Shown here: piece after piece, positions 1 through 11,018 of the stretch
Layout: the number at the start of each line of letters is the position of its first letter
Numbering within the stretch: the stretch's first letter is position 1
From: a bacterium
Lineage (GTDB): Bacteria > Zhuqueibacterota > Zhuqueibacteria > Residuimicrobiales > Krinioviventaceae
Reading direction: 5' to 3'
NCBI GenBank assembly: GCA_963674595.2
Contig: CAXXFV010000007.1
Coordinates: 63,280-127,279, forward strand
Length of the DNA stretch: 64,000 nt
Position numbers and translations under genes: made by a program
Notes under the pieces: generated by a model
What the model was told of the DNA's origin: nothing
Seen by the model: the letters and a program-made list of their open reading frames with translations, nothing else
Databases searched by the model: none

Positions 1-1986
1 AGGAAATTTGATTTTAAATAATGTACCGTTATCCCGAATGATTTTTATTTGCCCCTCCAGTTGATTTACGAGAATAGAGACAAGTTTTAAACCTAATGAA
101 TCGGCATGATCCAGGTCTATATCTGCCGGTAAACCAATCCCGTCGTCTTTAACAATTAACTCAATTTGGTTATTGCTTGTAAAATTGAGAGAAATAAATA
201 TACTTCCTTTTTGGTGCGGGAATGCATAAGTCAGAGCATTTGTAAATAACTCGTTTATTATTAAACCGCATGGTATCGCTTTATTTATATCCAGGAAAAT
301 ATCTTTTGTATCCAGAATTATTGAAATTTCATTATTATAATTATATAATTGATTCAGTTCTTTAGACATGGTGTCGATATAGTCTTTAAAGTTGATTTCT
401 GAAAAGTCATCGGATTGATACAATTTATCGTGGACATGCGCCATAGACCGAATACGGTCCTGACAAATTTTTAAAGCATGACCGGTAAGATTTTTTGTGC
501 TTGAATTCAAAAGTTGGAGATTTATAAGACTTGTTATGATATTCAGGTTGTTTTTGACTCTGTGATGTATCTCTTTTAGCAGGATTTTTTTTTCGTCCAG
601 GCTCTTTTTAATATGCAGTTCTGTTTTTTTACGTTCTGTAATGTCCCTTAAAATACCTTGTATCGCGACACCTTTTTTATAAGAAACGAGAGAAACAGAA
701 ACCTCCACTTCTATTTTTTTATTATTTTTGGTTTGTGCTGTCAATTCATATCTGTGATTTACCGGGGTATCTGCAGTTAAATTTTTAACCCGTTCGCTTA
801 TGTAGGCTTTACTTTCCGGCGCCACCAATTTCATAAAATGGAAATCCTTTGAATAGATTTCTTTTGGTGTATAACCAAAAAGTTCAATAAAAGTTTGATT
901 AACAAATTGAAATCTGTTATTATGTACTAAAAAAATTATATCTTTGGATTGCTCAACCAGGGACCGGTACTTTTCTTCGCTCTCCCGAAGGGCTTTTTCA
1001 ACTTTTTTTAATATTGTAATATCCAGTGCAACCGCTATAAATACAGGTTCATTGGATGGACCTTTTTCAAGTAATGCTGCTGAAACCAGGGCTGTAAATT
1101 TGGTGCCGTCGTTTTTTAACAGTTCAAATTCCTGTAACCGGGTTGAGTGACCGGTTGTCATTAATTTTTTAAATTCTTGGGCAAGAAGTGAACGACTGGA
1201 AGGTGAAACCAGTTGTTCGACACTATCTACATATTTGAGCAATTCCGCCACGTTTTTATAACCGTGTAAATCTGCTAAAAATGAATTTGCATACAAAATT
1301 TTTTGTTGAACATTTCCTAATAAAATTCCAGTTGGTGACATTTCTAAAATTGTTCGGTATAACTCTTCTGCCGAATATGTCATTTCCTGATATTTTTTCA
1401 TACTATTAACAAGATAACTTATGGATATTGAAACTGCCGAAGCAATAAACACAAAATTAATACTTGAAGTTGTCCAGTCGTGTAATTGAATAATCTGATT
1501 GTTAAAGTATGGATTGTTAACCAGTTGATTTTGAATTGTGGTGTGGTATACTCCGGCTAAGAGGATTGTTATAAAACTTGCAATTATTGATGCAATGGTT
1601 GCCCGATAATTCAAAAAAATAGTGGTCATACCTATAAAACCAAATAAAAATAATCTGCCGTCCCCATATAAACTCGTATTCGCTAAACTAATGACAGCTA
1701 AAATATAAAATATTAAAAGAATTGTAGAAACACGGAAAGGATAGGAAGCTTTTGAGCGGTTTATGATCAAGAGTGCAATATAGATGGTTGTATAAAAAAT
1801 TGAAAGAGAGAGAAATAGTTTTATATTTTGATGGTTTTGATATCTGTAATAAGCAGTAAAAATGCCAAATATTAAAAGAGGGGCCCCTAATATCGTTATT
1901 CCGTTTAAAATTTGTTTCAGCACATTTTCCTGCCATGTTTTGAATGAAAAAGATGACGTTGGTTGTTTAAAATATGCTGAAATCAT
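1..1986 (-). CDS. Membrane-bound PAS-domain sensor histidine kinase (HisKA_2/HATPase), runs off the left edge
   Basis: Not in the ORF track; translated manually. ATG at 1986 (MISAYFKQ), several hydrophobic helices, PAS-like segments, the KEIHHRVKNNL HisKA_2 H-box near 545-580, and a HATPase end (IRDNGTLFKIKFP) at position 1. Confidence 0.88.
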   Translation of the reverse strand, partial: MISAYFKQPTSSFSFKTWQENVLKQILNGITILGAPLLIFGIFTAYYRYQNHQNIKLFLSLSIFYTTIYIALLIINRSKASYPFRVSTILLIFYILAVISLANTSLYGDGRLFLFGFIGMTTIFLNYRATIASIIASFITILLAGVYHTTIQNQLVNNPYFNNQIIQLHDWTTSSINFVFIASAVSISISYLVNSMKKYQEMTYSAEELYRTILEMSPTGILLGNVQQKILYANSFLADLHGYKNVAELLKYVDSVEQLVSPSSRSLLAQEFKKLMTTGHSTRLQEFELLKNDGTKFTALVSAALLEKGPSNEPVFIAVALDITILKKVEKALRESEEKYRSLVEQSKDIIFLVHNNRFQFVNQTFIELFGYTPKEIYSKDFHFMKLVAPESKAYISERVKNLTADTPVNHRYELTAQTKNNKKIEVEVSVSLVSYKKGVAIQGILRDITERKKTELHIKKSLDEKKILLKEIHHRVKNNLNIITSLINLQLLNSSTKNLTGHALKICQDRIRSMAHVHDKLYQSDDFSEINFKDYIDTMSKELNQLYNYNNEISIILDTKDIFLDINKAIPCGLIINELFTNALTYAFPHQKGSIFISLNFTSNNQIELIVKDDGIGLPADIDLDHADSLGLKLVSILVNQLEGQIKIIRDNGTLFKIKFP

Positions 1987-2173
1987 ATTCGGCGCTTTCT
2001 CAAGTATTCCAGGGCTTTTAGTGTATAGCCATATAATACAAGTACTAAAGAAAACTAGATTCTATTTATTTTGATGTATATAATTCCTTGTAATTTAATT
2101 TCATTATAAAATAGTACAATATCAATATTTTTTTGATAAAAAAAGTTGGTACTTTTGTAACATTAATATTTTT

Positions 2174-4990
2174 TTAGGGCAAGTTTGATGACGCTCCTAA
2201 CCTGGCATTGTTATACCAAATAGTATAGTCGCTCGTTGTGACCTGTCCGTCGAGGTTTATATCGCTAACTTTATAGCCTGATTCTCCGATCCGTGCTGAA
2301 TTGTACCAGGTTGTATAGTCTGTGGTCGTAATTTCGCCGTCCTGATTAACATCACCGGCACAGACGCACCAATATGTTGATTCCTGTTTTTTTGCACTTG
2401 AAGCGGAATGGTAAAGTGTACTGTCTGAAATAAAATTAATGTTCGTTGTTGTGGTCCAGTCGAAATAGACCGGGTCTTTTGTCATAATTGTCAGATGGTT
2501 TCTGTGACGAACAGCCACATAATAACTGTCAGCCACAGCATTCATTATTATTTGTGTGGTTGTGCCGTCATCAGCAACGATCTGGCCGTTATTTTTGAGT
2601 AAAGCGCTTTTCGTGGCAATGATGCTGTCTTTGCTGGTATTGTAAAGTTGCACCATAACCCAGTCGATAATATTAGCCGGCATTGATGAAACGCCTCTGT
2701 TGGGATATGCCGGGTCCTGTGTATAGGGCGAAGACGTTGGCACGGTTATGCTCGTTGTCATAAGTCCGGAGCTGTTATAAGCGCCTTCCAGTAATATTTT
2801 AATATTTGCAAACACGCGTGATACGTCAATGGTTTGATTAACGGGAATATTTTGCAATTCCAGAATCGAATTATCCGTAAACTGGGCAACAATGTCAACC
2901 GTATCATTTGCTGCTGCACCAAAGTGCAGGGCTGTTTGGTTTTGGCTGATATAGGCGGTATTTGAAACAGACTGCTGAAATCCCAACATTTTACTGCTGT
3001 TGTTGATATACCCGCGTTCATATACTTTAACCTTGGTGCCAAAACCGCCGTAATCACCGGCAGGCCCATGACAAAGGATATCTATCCAGTTATAACTTGT
3101 TACGGATTCATTGTGTAATAAATAATTTTGGCCGTCTGCGCAAGCAAAATAAAGGTCCAGTTTACCGTCATTATCAATATCTGCATAAGCCCCTGCCCTT
3201 GGGTCAACGGTTCCCACTTCAACACCGGTGGAACTTTGGAGTGTGAGTGTTCCTGTTCCATCGTTTAAATACAATTCCGGTCTGGTCCCTGGCTCTTTTT
3301 CATCATTCCTTAGCAAAACCAAATCCAAATCAGCGTCGTTTTCAACATCTAAAAAGACCGGAGAATAGCCGCTGACTCTTATTCCCATCGCTGCTGATGC
3401 GTCAGAAAATACACCACTGCCGTTATTAACATACACTCTTAAATATGGCAAGTCAGTATCGGTTGTCATTTTTTCGTTCATGACAAACAAATCCAGATCG
3501 CCGTCGTTGTCATAGTCTGCAAAGGTCGCTCCTTTGGAACGGCCGTCCAGGTTCACACCACGTGCCGCTGCATCTTCAGTGAAATTTCCGGAACCATCGT
3601 TTATAAAAAGATGGTTATTGGCTTCACGACGGCAGCAATAAATATCAACATCCCCGTCATTGTCCACGTCGGCAACGGTTACACCCTGTTTGATTTCAGA
3701 ATCACCCTCTGCACCTCTCGTCACCAGCGTCATTCTTCCGGTTCCGTCGTTAAAATACATTTTATTCGGGTTTTCAGCATCGTTTATATACATATCCATA
3801 AAACCATCGTTGTTAAAGTCTGCTGCTACAGCGCCTTTCGCACGGTTTAAATCCGTAGAAATACCGGCCCAGTCCGTTATATTGGTGAAACTACCGGTAC
3901 CGTCGTTTCTGTACATTGCATCTCGTCCCAATGCACTGCCGTCGGTTTCCTGCATATTGGCAAAATAGGCATCCAGATCGCCGTCGTTATCAAAATCCGC
4001 CGTTACAATTGCATGCGTCATACCCGTATCTGCTGTACCTTTGGAGCTTGCCACTTCGGCAAACGACAGTCCTCCCTGGTTCATATACAATAAATCCGGC
4101 ACTTGACTATCCCAGAGGCCGTTACTTACAAACAGGTCATAATATCCGTCCTGATCAACATCGGCAAAAGAAGCCCCATGTCCGTAGCCGCTGCCATTAT
4201 ATCCTATTGTACCTGAACCATCTGTAACATTTGTAAAAAATATTTCTGTGCTGGGAGTGCCGCCGCTGTCTTTGGTATAAATTTTTACGTTTTTGTAAAT
4301 GACACCCGGCATGCCAATGTAGACATTGTCTTTTCCTAAAAATATCCAGCGAAATGGTTCCACCTGGTTATTAAAGTTTAAAGTGGCTTTAAGATTATTA
4401 TCCAGAACGCAATAGATATTAGTGGTTGTCCACACGATTTTAAATTCATAAATTGCACCTAAATCCCATGTTGCGGATTGCATGATTCTGACTTCTTCAC
4501 GTGAATCCAAATGTTGGGGCGCGGCTAAAAATTTAAAACCGGCTACACCCGGTCCATCGGAATAGCTTGTTCCTGTTCTTATATTCCACCAGGAACCGGT
4601 TGTATAAAAAATATCTTTACTTCCGTTTTCCTGAGAATAAAGGTTGATGATCTGGTGTTTTGCACCGACATTTTGTGAAACCGGGTCAAAATTGGTCACC
4701 TGAACAACCATGGTTCCTTCAAAAGGCAGTCCGGTTGGTAATGTTATTTTTAGCTGACTGGATGTTGATGTTGATTTCCAGCCACCGCCTGATTGAAAAC
4801 TGCCGCCGTTATTGGTAACATAGCCGATACTTGTATTTCCGGCTGCATCCAAATTGGAAGAATATAATAATAGTGTGTGATCCGGGTAGGTTTGTGCATT
4901 TAAAAATGTTGTGTTGAAAAATAAGGTAAAGAATAGAATATAGCCGGGAAATAGCTTTAATTTTTTTAAAAGTTTTAATGATAATTGCAT
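2174..4990 (-). CDS. Secreted FG-GAP/CRTAC1-like (ASPIC/UnbV) repeat protein with C-terminal dockerin-like module
   Basis: Signal peptide; many DxDNDGDLD/DFNNDG Ca-binding FG-GAP repeats; UnbV-like LHFG segment; C-terminal ILLEG...RHRNHL domain and twin GDVNQDG/SDINLDG motifs. Confidence 0.85.
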   Translation of the reverse strand: MQLSLKLLKKLKLFPGYILFFTLFFNTTFLNAQTYPDHTLLLYSSNLDAAGNTSIGYVTNNGGSFQSGGGWKSTSTSSQLKITLPTGLPFEGTMVVQVTNFDPVSQNVGAKHQIINLYSQENGSKDIFYTTGSWWNIRTGTSYSDGPGVAGFKFLAAPQHLDSREEVRIMQSATWDLGAIYEFKIVWTTTNIYCVLDNNLKATLNFNNQVEPFRWIFLGKDNVYIGMPGVIYKNVKIYTKDSGGTPSTEIFFTNVTDGSGTIGYNGSGYGHGASFADVDQDGYYDLFVSNGLWDSQVPDLLYMNQGGLSFAEVASSKGTADTGMTHAIVTADFDNDGDLDAYFANMQETDGSALGRDAMYRNDGTGSFTNITDWAGISTDLNRAKGAVAADFNNDGFMDMYINDAENPNKMYFNDGTGRMTLVTRGAEGDSEIKQGVTVADVDNDGDVDIYCCRREANNHLFINDGSGNFTEDAAARGVNLDGRSKGATFADYDNDGDLDLFVMNEKMTTDTDLPYLRVYVNNGSGVFSDASAAMGIRVSGYSPVFLDVENDADLDLVLLRNDEKEPGTRPELYLNDGTGTLTLQSSTGVEVGTVDPRAGAYADIDNDGKLDLYFACADGQNYLLHNESVTSYNWIDILCHGPAGDYGGFGTKVKVYERGYINNSSKMLGFQQSVSNTAYISQNQTALHFGAAANDTVDIVAQFTDNSILELQNIPVNQTIDVSRVFANIKILLEGAYNSSGLMTTSITVPTSSPYTQDPAYPNRGVSSMPANIIDWVMVQLYNTSKDSIIATKSALLKNNGQIVADDGTTTQIIMNAVADSYYVAVRHRNHLTIMTKDPVYFDWTTTTNINFISDSTLYHSASSAKKQESTYWCVCAGDVNQDGEITTTDYTTWYNSARIGESGYKVSDINLDGQVTTSDYTIWYNNARLGASSNLP

Positions 4991-5143
4991 TATAAGGCCC
5001 AGTTTTTACATGTGGTTATCTGTAAATTTATGAATATAATACTAGAATTTAATTAAATTTTGGAAAAATTAGTATTATTAATTTGAAATATTTTGACTCG
5101 GGTCAATTTATTCCATTTTTTATTATTTTATAAAAACCATTCA

Positions 5144-8100
5144 CTATTTCAAGATAATCATTTTTTTAGTTTTTTCAAAGCGATCCATTTTGATATAGTA
5201 TAAATAAACTCCGGATGGCAAGTCTTTTGCCTCAAAGGTAATTTTATAGGAACCGGGTTCTTTTTCATTATCCAAAAGTGTTTTTATTTTTCTGCCCAAC
5301 AGGTCAAAAACACTCAAAGAGACATGACATTTTTCCTTTACATCAAAACATATCGTTGTTGCCGGATTAAACGGATTCGGATAATTTTGATATAATTGGA
5401 ACGTTTTAGGTAATAATTCGTCAGTACCCGGATTTTCTGTAACAGAGGTAATGTTGATATTAATTTGAATAGTCGCATAAATACCTGTCAAAGTATCTGT
5501 TGCTGTTATATAAAATGTACCATACTCCTCTCCGGCAATATAAAAGCCGCTGGAATCTATTGTCCCGCCGGTTGCGCTCCACAAAACGCCTATATCCATT
5601 GTTATGTTATTTTGATCATAACCGACAGCGTAAAAATATAATGAATCTCCGGGACTTATTGAAACAGAATCCGGGAAAATTGCAACAGACTGCAGGACCG
5701 GTGTACTGGCGATAACAAGTAATGTGTCGTTAAAAGTGTGGGACGTGTTTTGTTCTATCGCTTCAATAAAAACCTTATTTTGTATTCCATCTGTTGTTCC
5801 TTCCTGAACTTTTAATGCAACAAAAACCATAGCGCCCATATTATCTGAATAATTGACTGCAAAGGAGGCTGGTGAGGTGAGCCAGCCATTTTCATCTGAA
5901 ACGTTTATGGTAACAGAACCGTTCAGGTTTTTAAAATTTTGAAAGGCCAGTGCTACAGAATCCTGGGACCCTGGTGAAATATACAGGGTATCTTTTTCGA
6001 CCGATCCTATAAATTCAGGTTCTGCTTCAAGCCAGTTTGTATAATCCGCTGATCCAAATATTTCGTTTGCATTAGGGCCGGATGCGGAACCCCACCAGTT
6101 AAGGCTTGCTTCTATTGATACAGAGGGATCTGTATTAATTAAATCATACCCGGAGTTGCTGTGAATACTGTTATATTGAATAATCGGATTTGATCCTTTT
6201 TCACAGTAAATGCCGTCACCCAGATCATTAATAATCCTGTTTCCTGAAATATCGGATGTTGAATTTACCAGATGAAAGCCTGAATTTCCGCTGTTTTCAT
6301 AGACATTATTGCTTCTTTCAATATTTCGCCATGTATGGTGCGGTGAATTGATTATAATAAATCCCGGACAATTGTGGGCAATGGTATTGTTATAAATTCG
6401 GTTACTCCTTGCCGTTTCAATATGAATTCCAGTGGAGTCATTAAACATAATTTTATTTTGAATAATCGTATTCCAGTTAGTCTCTCTGAGAATGATGCCG
6501 ACGCCGGTGTTTCCCAAATCACTTAAACCGTCAGATTGGGTTCCTATATAGTTAAGATGAATATGGTTTTCACTGCCCCCTGAAATTGAAAGACCATGGC
6601 CGTTATTACCGGAAATAATGTTTCTTTCGCCCAGAATCCGTGAACCAATAACATTATCATCACACCCCCACAGTAATGAAATCCCTTTTTGATTGGGAAT
6701 GGCATAATTTGCAAAAAAATCAGCACCTACAACATTGCCGATGATTTTCGTATAGTCCGAAGCTGTGATAAAGATTCCGTATTCAGAATTGCCGGAAACA
6801 ACGTTAAATTCAATTCGGGTGCTGTCTGACATGCTCACATTTATCCCGTTCTTGTAATTTGGAACTGCTTCACTACCGTTTTTATTCGTTCCAATACAAT
6901 TGTTTTTGACAAGACAATGATCAGACCAATAAATATTTACACCATTTTTCGAATTTCCTGATATTATATTGCTTTCAATAAAAGTAGAATCAGAGTGCTG
7001 GATAACACGGATGCCGTTATCCAGGTTACCTATAGGTCGATTTTCATCAACCATCCCTATCAGGTTTCTGTAAATTTTGTTATTTTTGGAATTGTTGATC
7101 GATACACCGTTTTCTTCATTTCCTGCAATGATATTGGGCGGAATATTAATGTCCAAACTGCCGATTGTATTTGCCTTTGTATATTGTTCCATTAAAATTC
7201 CATTCGAGTGATTTGGTTCATTATTCGCCGCAATTTGATATAGACCAATTTGGTTATTAATAATTATATTGTCATGTCCGGAGGACAGGTAAATTCCGTT
7301 TTCTCCATTACCGCATATATAATTTTTATCTTCAGGATTTGGTCCTCCAATCGTATTATAACTGCTTCTTATATCAATACCATTTGTACCATTTGCAGTT
7401 GTTTGACCCAACATATTTACGCCCACCCAGTTGGAAACAACACGATTACTGTCCGCTCCAGTATTAAGAATAATTCCCTCATCTTCATTACCGGAAACCC
7501 AGTTATCGCGAACGAGACAACTGTCGGCATAAGACAGGTGAATGCCATAACCGTTTTGAATTGCAGATGTACCGGATTCATCAAGTCCAACCATATTATA
7601 TTGTACTGTATTGTACCTTGAGTCGTAAAGACCTATGCCTGCCATGTTGTTGTCTATGCATATATTTCCTGCTCTTCGTGCAGACGTGTCGGCATCTGCA
7701 CGCATTGATCCGATTTGGTTATAATTTCCATATAGGACTGAAATCCCATCAGCAAAACATCTGGATACGGTATTGCTGTATATTTTATTTCTTTGAACGC
7801 CTCTACCCTCCAGCCGAATTCCATGAGCAAAATTTGTTACAAAATTATCGTGAACAATACAATCTTTAACTGATTCTCCATACAAGAGTATACCGGCACC
7901 TCCCAGTTCTCTGCTAAGAACTGAAAATCCGGCAATTTCTGTTGAATCCCTTTGTACATAAAATGAAATATGTTCATATAATGGTTCGTCATTGACTTTA
8001 TTTAATGATTCTTCAGGAGGAGGGATGACAACTGTAACATCCCGCCCATGTGTACTTTTAATCTTTAGTGATTTTGGGAGCGTGACGTTTTCTTCATATA

Positions 8101-10783
8101 CTCCCGGACATACGCTTATATAATGCCCGTTTTGTGTGCCCGGACTGTTTATGGCAGGTTGGATAAGCGGGAACGGGAGATCCGGATTTGTGCTTTTGTT
8201 CCATACACAGGCAATTGTTGTTGTTGGTGAATAAAGTTTTTGAGGGAGTACCGGATCTTTTTGTCCCGGTGGATTGCTTTGCGGTTCAGCATTGACATAG
8301 TTGCCTGTTAAGGCGATTCCATATTCACGAATGTCTTCCAAAGGGCACGGCATAAATGACGAGTCTGATTTTGACGGGAACAGGAAAAAGTAATAAAGTA
8401 CCCAGGTCATCGTTTCCCCTTCAGCAAGCGTTTCGCCAACATTGGCCTGGATTCCTGTTATATATCCTTCCGTGTCTACCTGCAAACGCCCGTTACTGTG
8501 TTTGCCACGGAATTCGAGAACAACAGAATCAACTTCGGAAGCTTTTGCGTGTCCCGTGGCTTCAAAGCGAACACTGCCAATGTCCCAATTTCCGGTGGCC
8601 GCAGCAAAACCACCGGAAGCAATGAGTATTTTTTCATCCGCTTCAGGCGGGCACATATCCTGTCCTCCCAGGGCATTTACGGATACGGTCAACACGGGTG
8701 TAGGTGTAGACGGCGGAAATTCGATCTCTAAAATATTTAATCCATATTTTCCAAGCGTTTCCGCATAATATTCATAACCTTTGATAACATATAAATACCA
8801 GGGAACATCCTCTTCTGTGTGCGGTAAAGGATTTTTCCCTCTCATGCTTCGTAAAACAGGAGACGGGTAATATGCGGCCATTTGACGCGGCGCCGGAATT
8901 TGCAGGCCCGGGCCGGGTGTAAGGTTATGGGTTTCTGAATCATAGTCAAAAGTTGCAATACCATAGGAAGGTAAACACATCACAACGCTGTTATTGATGA
9001 GCAGTATGTCTGAAATAGCAGCGCTGATATTCAGATCATACTGACTGGTAAATTGTGGTGCAGCCGGCGCTGAAACATCATAAAAATCAATCTTTGCCGG
9101 TCCGTTATCCTGGTCCTGATTATGTGTTAAAAATAGCGTATGGTTTGTCAACAAAACACTTTTGGGTAAATAATCCGTTGCTGTTTGAAATACGGATGCA
9201 GGAAGCGCGGGATTTGACACATTTATAACCTGCAATCCTTTTTGGGTTTCATCCCGGTTATAGGCAATGTAGGCATATTGCCCGTCATCCGACAAAGCCA
9301 TATCCATGCCGTTTCCTTCCAACAGCAGGTTTGCTTCCTCATAAGGTGCTGCCGGATTGCTGATATTCACAATATCCAGGTAACTTTGGTCACCTCCAAA
9401 ATTGTATGTTAATATATAGGCATGATCACCCCAAAAAGCCATGTCCATAACACTGGAATGACATTCATAAGTAGAAATAAAATTGATATTGGACAAATTT
9501 GATATATCATATATACTTACATTTTTGACCCAATCGGTTAGAAAAAGCATATTGTTGTGGGCAAATACTTTATTTGGATTATTGAACTGAAAGGTATCTA
9601 TTAAAACAGGTTGCTGAGGAATGTTTAAATCATATATCACGACCCTGTCATCCATTTCTGCAACATATAAAACATCATTATATATAACCTGGCTGCGTAT
9701 AACCGCCGGTTCCAGAATTTGTGCAGCCTTGACAGGTGTTTGCTGGTTTGTCAAATCCAGTAAATTGAGGGTTGAATTCATACGATAATAAAGATAGGTA
9801 TTATTGATATAATCCATCTCAAAAACCTGATTAAAATCATAATCAGTCACATGTTGAATATTCGTGGGAACTGAAATATCTAAAAGAGTAAAATCGGTAA
9901 AAGATGTTTTTAAAATTGCATAATTTCCGCCTGTTAATATGCCTCGAATAGAATAGTTGTTCGTTCCAAATGTGGAATGGATTGTGGGTGCGGTCGGTGC
10001 GGAAATATCATATACTAAAAGTCCCCCGGTGTTTTCACAAGCGCAGTATAATAAGGTACCATCCAATGCAAGGTCCCTTGCATAAGGAACGTCCACACTG
10101 TTTTCCTGCTGAACATTTGATTTATTTGCAATGTTTAAAACCAGGAGTTTATTTAACTGGGTGTTCCCGGTGTTTTTTTCTATAACATAAGCATAATTAC
10201 CAACAGGTATAAAATCGTTCAGTTCTTTTTCATAAGACCCTTTATAAACAGGAGCTTGTGTGTTTGAAATGTCAATAAAATGTACCTTTTTAATATCCTC
10301 TAATCCCGTTCCTGTCATAAAATACAAATAATCACCGTCAGCCCTGAGTTGGGTTATCGGATTTTCAATTTCATTAAAAAGAGTCCGTGAAATGTGCTGC
10401 GGATTTAAGGGATTGGACACATCCACAATTTCAAAATAATTGTTATATGTTCCGCCCCTGTAAGCAATAATAATGTAATTACCGGATAAACACAATTTAT
10501 AACCCAGCGCCGGTAATGCCAGGCTGCCGACTTTGACAAGTTGGCCTGCTTGTAATTCATATACAGCTAATTGTGCGCCCTGAATGAGGAATGTATAATC
10601 ACCCTGTGTAACTGTTTGCTGCACCACGCCGCCAATGTGACCAATTTCTGAAACGGATTGCGGCGGCTGGGATTGTGCGTTTAAAAATTGCATAAAAAGA
10701 ACCAATAAGATAATCACGCCCTTGAATGAAAAATCTGGAGATTTTTTTCCGAGTGTCATAATTGTTTCCTTTTTTTTACACAA
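5144..10783 (-). CDS. Large secreted protein: LVIVD repeats, right-handed parallel beta-helix repeats, T9SS type A-like C-terminal sorting domain
   Basis: Repeated (I/V)DIS-NP motifs in the N-terminal part, N-I-S-G-N..GI beta-helix repeats, and terminal LYQNYPNPFNP...LPSGVY...KKMIILK. The start may be the ATG at 10759. Confidence 0.85.
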   Translation of the reverse strand: MCKKKETIMTLGKKSPDFSFKGVIILLVLFMQFLNAQSQPPQSVSEIGHIGGVVQQTVTQGDYTFLIQGAQLAVYELQAGQLVKVGSLALPALGYKLCLSGNYIIIAYRGGTYNNYFEIVDVSNPLNPQHISRTLFNEIENPITQLRADGDYLYFMTGTGLEDIKKVHFIDISNTQAPVYKGSYEKELNDFIPVGNYAYVIEKNTGNTQLNKLLVLNIANKSNVQQENSVDVPYARDLALDGTLLYCACENTGGLLVYDISAPTAPTIHSTFGTNNYSIRGILTGGNYAILKTSFTDFTLLDISVPTNIQHVTDYDFNQVFEMDYINNTYLYYRMNSTLNLLDLTNQQTPVKAAQILEPAVIRSQVIYNDVLYVAEMDDRVVIYDLNIPQQPVLIDTFQFNNPNKVFAHNNMLFLTDWVKNVSIYDISNLSNINFISTYECHSSVMDMAFWGDHAYILTYNFGGDQSYLDIVNISNPAAPYEEANLLLEGNGMDMALSDDGQYAYIAYNRDETQKGLQVINVSNPALPASVFQTATDYLPKSVLLTNHTLFLTHNQDQDNGPAKIDFYDVSAPAAPQFTSQYDLNISAAISDILLINNSVVMCLPSYGIATFDYDSETHNLTPGPGLQIPAPRQMAAYYPSPVLRSMRGKNPLPHTEEDVPWYLYVIKGYEYYAETLGKYGLNILEIEFPPSTPTPVLTVSVNALGGQDMCPPEADEKILIASGGFAAATGNWDIGSVRFEATGHAKASEVDSVVLEFRGKHSNGRLQVDTEGYITGIQANVGETLAEGETMTWVLYYFFLFPSKSDSSFMPCPLEDIREYGIALTGNYVNAEPQSNPPGQKDPVLPQKLYSPTTTIACVWNKSTNPDLPFPLIQPAINSPGTQNGHYISVCPGVYEENVTLPKSLKIKSTHGRDVTVVIPPPEESLNKVNDEPLYEHISFYVQRDSTEIAGFSVLSRELGGAGILLYGESVKDCIVHDNFVTNFAHGIRLEGRGVQRNKIYSNTVSRCFADGISVLYGNYNQIGSMRADADTSARRAGNICIDNNMAGIGLYDSRYNTVQYNMVGLDESGTSAIQNGYGIHLSYADSCLVRDNWVSGNEDEGIILNTGADSNRVVSNWVGVNMLGQTTANGTNGIDIRSSYNTIGGPNPEDKNYICGNGENGIYLSSGHDNIIINNQIGLYQIAANNEPNHSNGILMEQYTKANTIGSLDINIPPNIIAGNEENGVSINNSKNNKIYRNLIGMVDENRPIGNLDNGIRVIQHSDSTFIESNIISGNSKNGVNIYWSDHCLVKNNCIGTNKNGSEAVPNYKNGINVSMSDSTRIEFNVVSGNSEYGIFITASDYTKIIGNVVGADFFANYAIPNQKGISLLWGCDDNVIGSRILGERNIISGNNGHGLSISGGSENHIHLNYIGTQSDGLSDLGNTGVGIILRETNWNTIIQNKIMFNDSTGIHIETARSNRIYNNTIAHNCPGFIIINSPHHTWRNIERSNNVYENSGNSGFHLVNSTSDISGNRIINDLGDGIYCEKGSNPIIQYNSIHSNSGYDLINTDPSVSIEASLNWWGSASGPNANEIFGSADYTNWLEAEPEFIGSVEKDTLYISPGSQDSVALAFQNFKNLNGSVTINVSDENGWLTSPASFAVNYSDNMGAMVFVALKVQEGTTDGIQNKVFIEAIEQNTSHTFNDTLLVIASTPVLQSVAIFPDSVSISPGDSLYFYAVGYDQNNITMDIGVLWSATGGTIDSSGFYIAGEEYGTFYITATDTLTGIYATIQININITSVTENPGTDELLPKTFQLYQNYPNPFNPATTICFDVKEKCHVSLSVFDLLGRKIKTLLDNEKEPGSYKITFEAKDLPSGVYLYYIKMDRFEKTKKMIILK

Positions 10784-11018
10784 TTACAATTCAGATGAAT
10801 ATTATTCATTAAAGATAATCAAAACAAAGTGGAAATCAAGTGAAATTAAGAATTTTTAAGATACATTCGATTGGCTGCAATACTTTTCACGTTGTGAAAA
10901 AGATTAAAATTTTCAATATTAAAAGTATTGAATAAAAATGGCTTGATTATTATTTATATGAACACCATTTTACGCAGTTAATATTCAGGTATCAGATAAA
11001 TTTTAAGGATCTAAAAAT

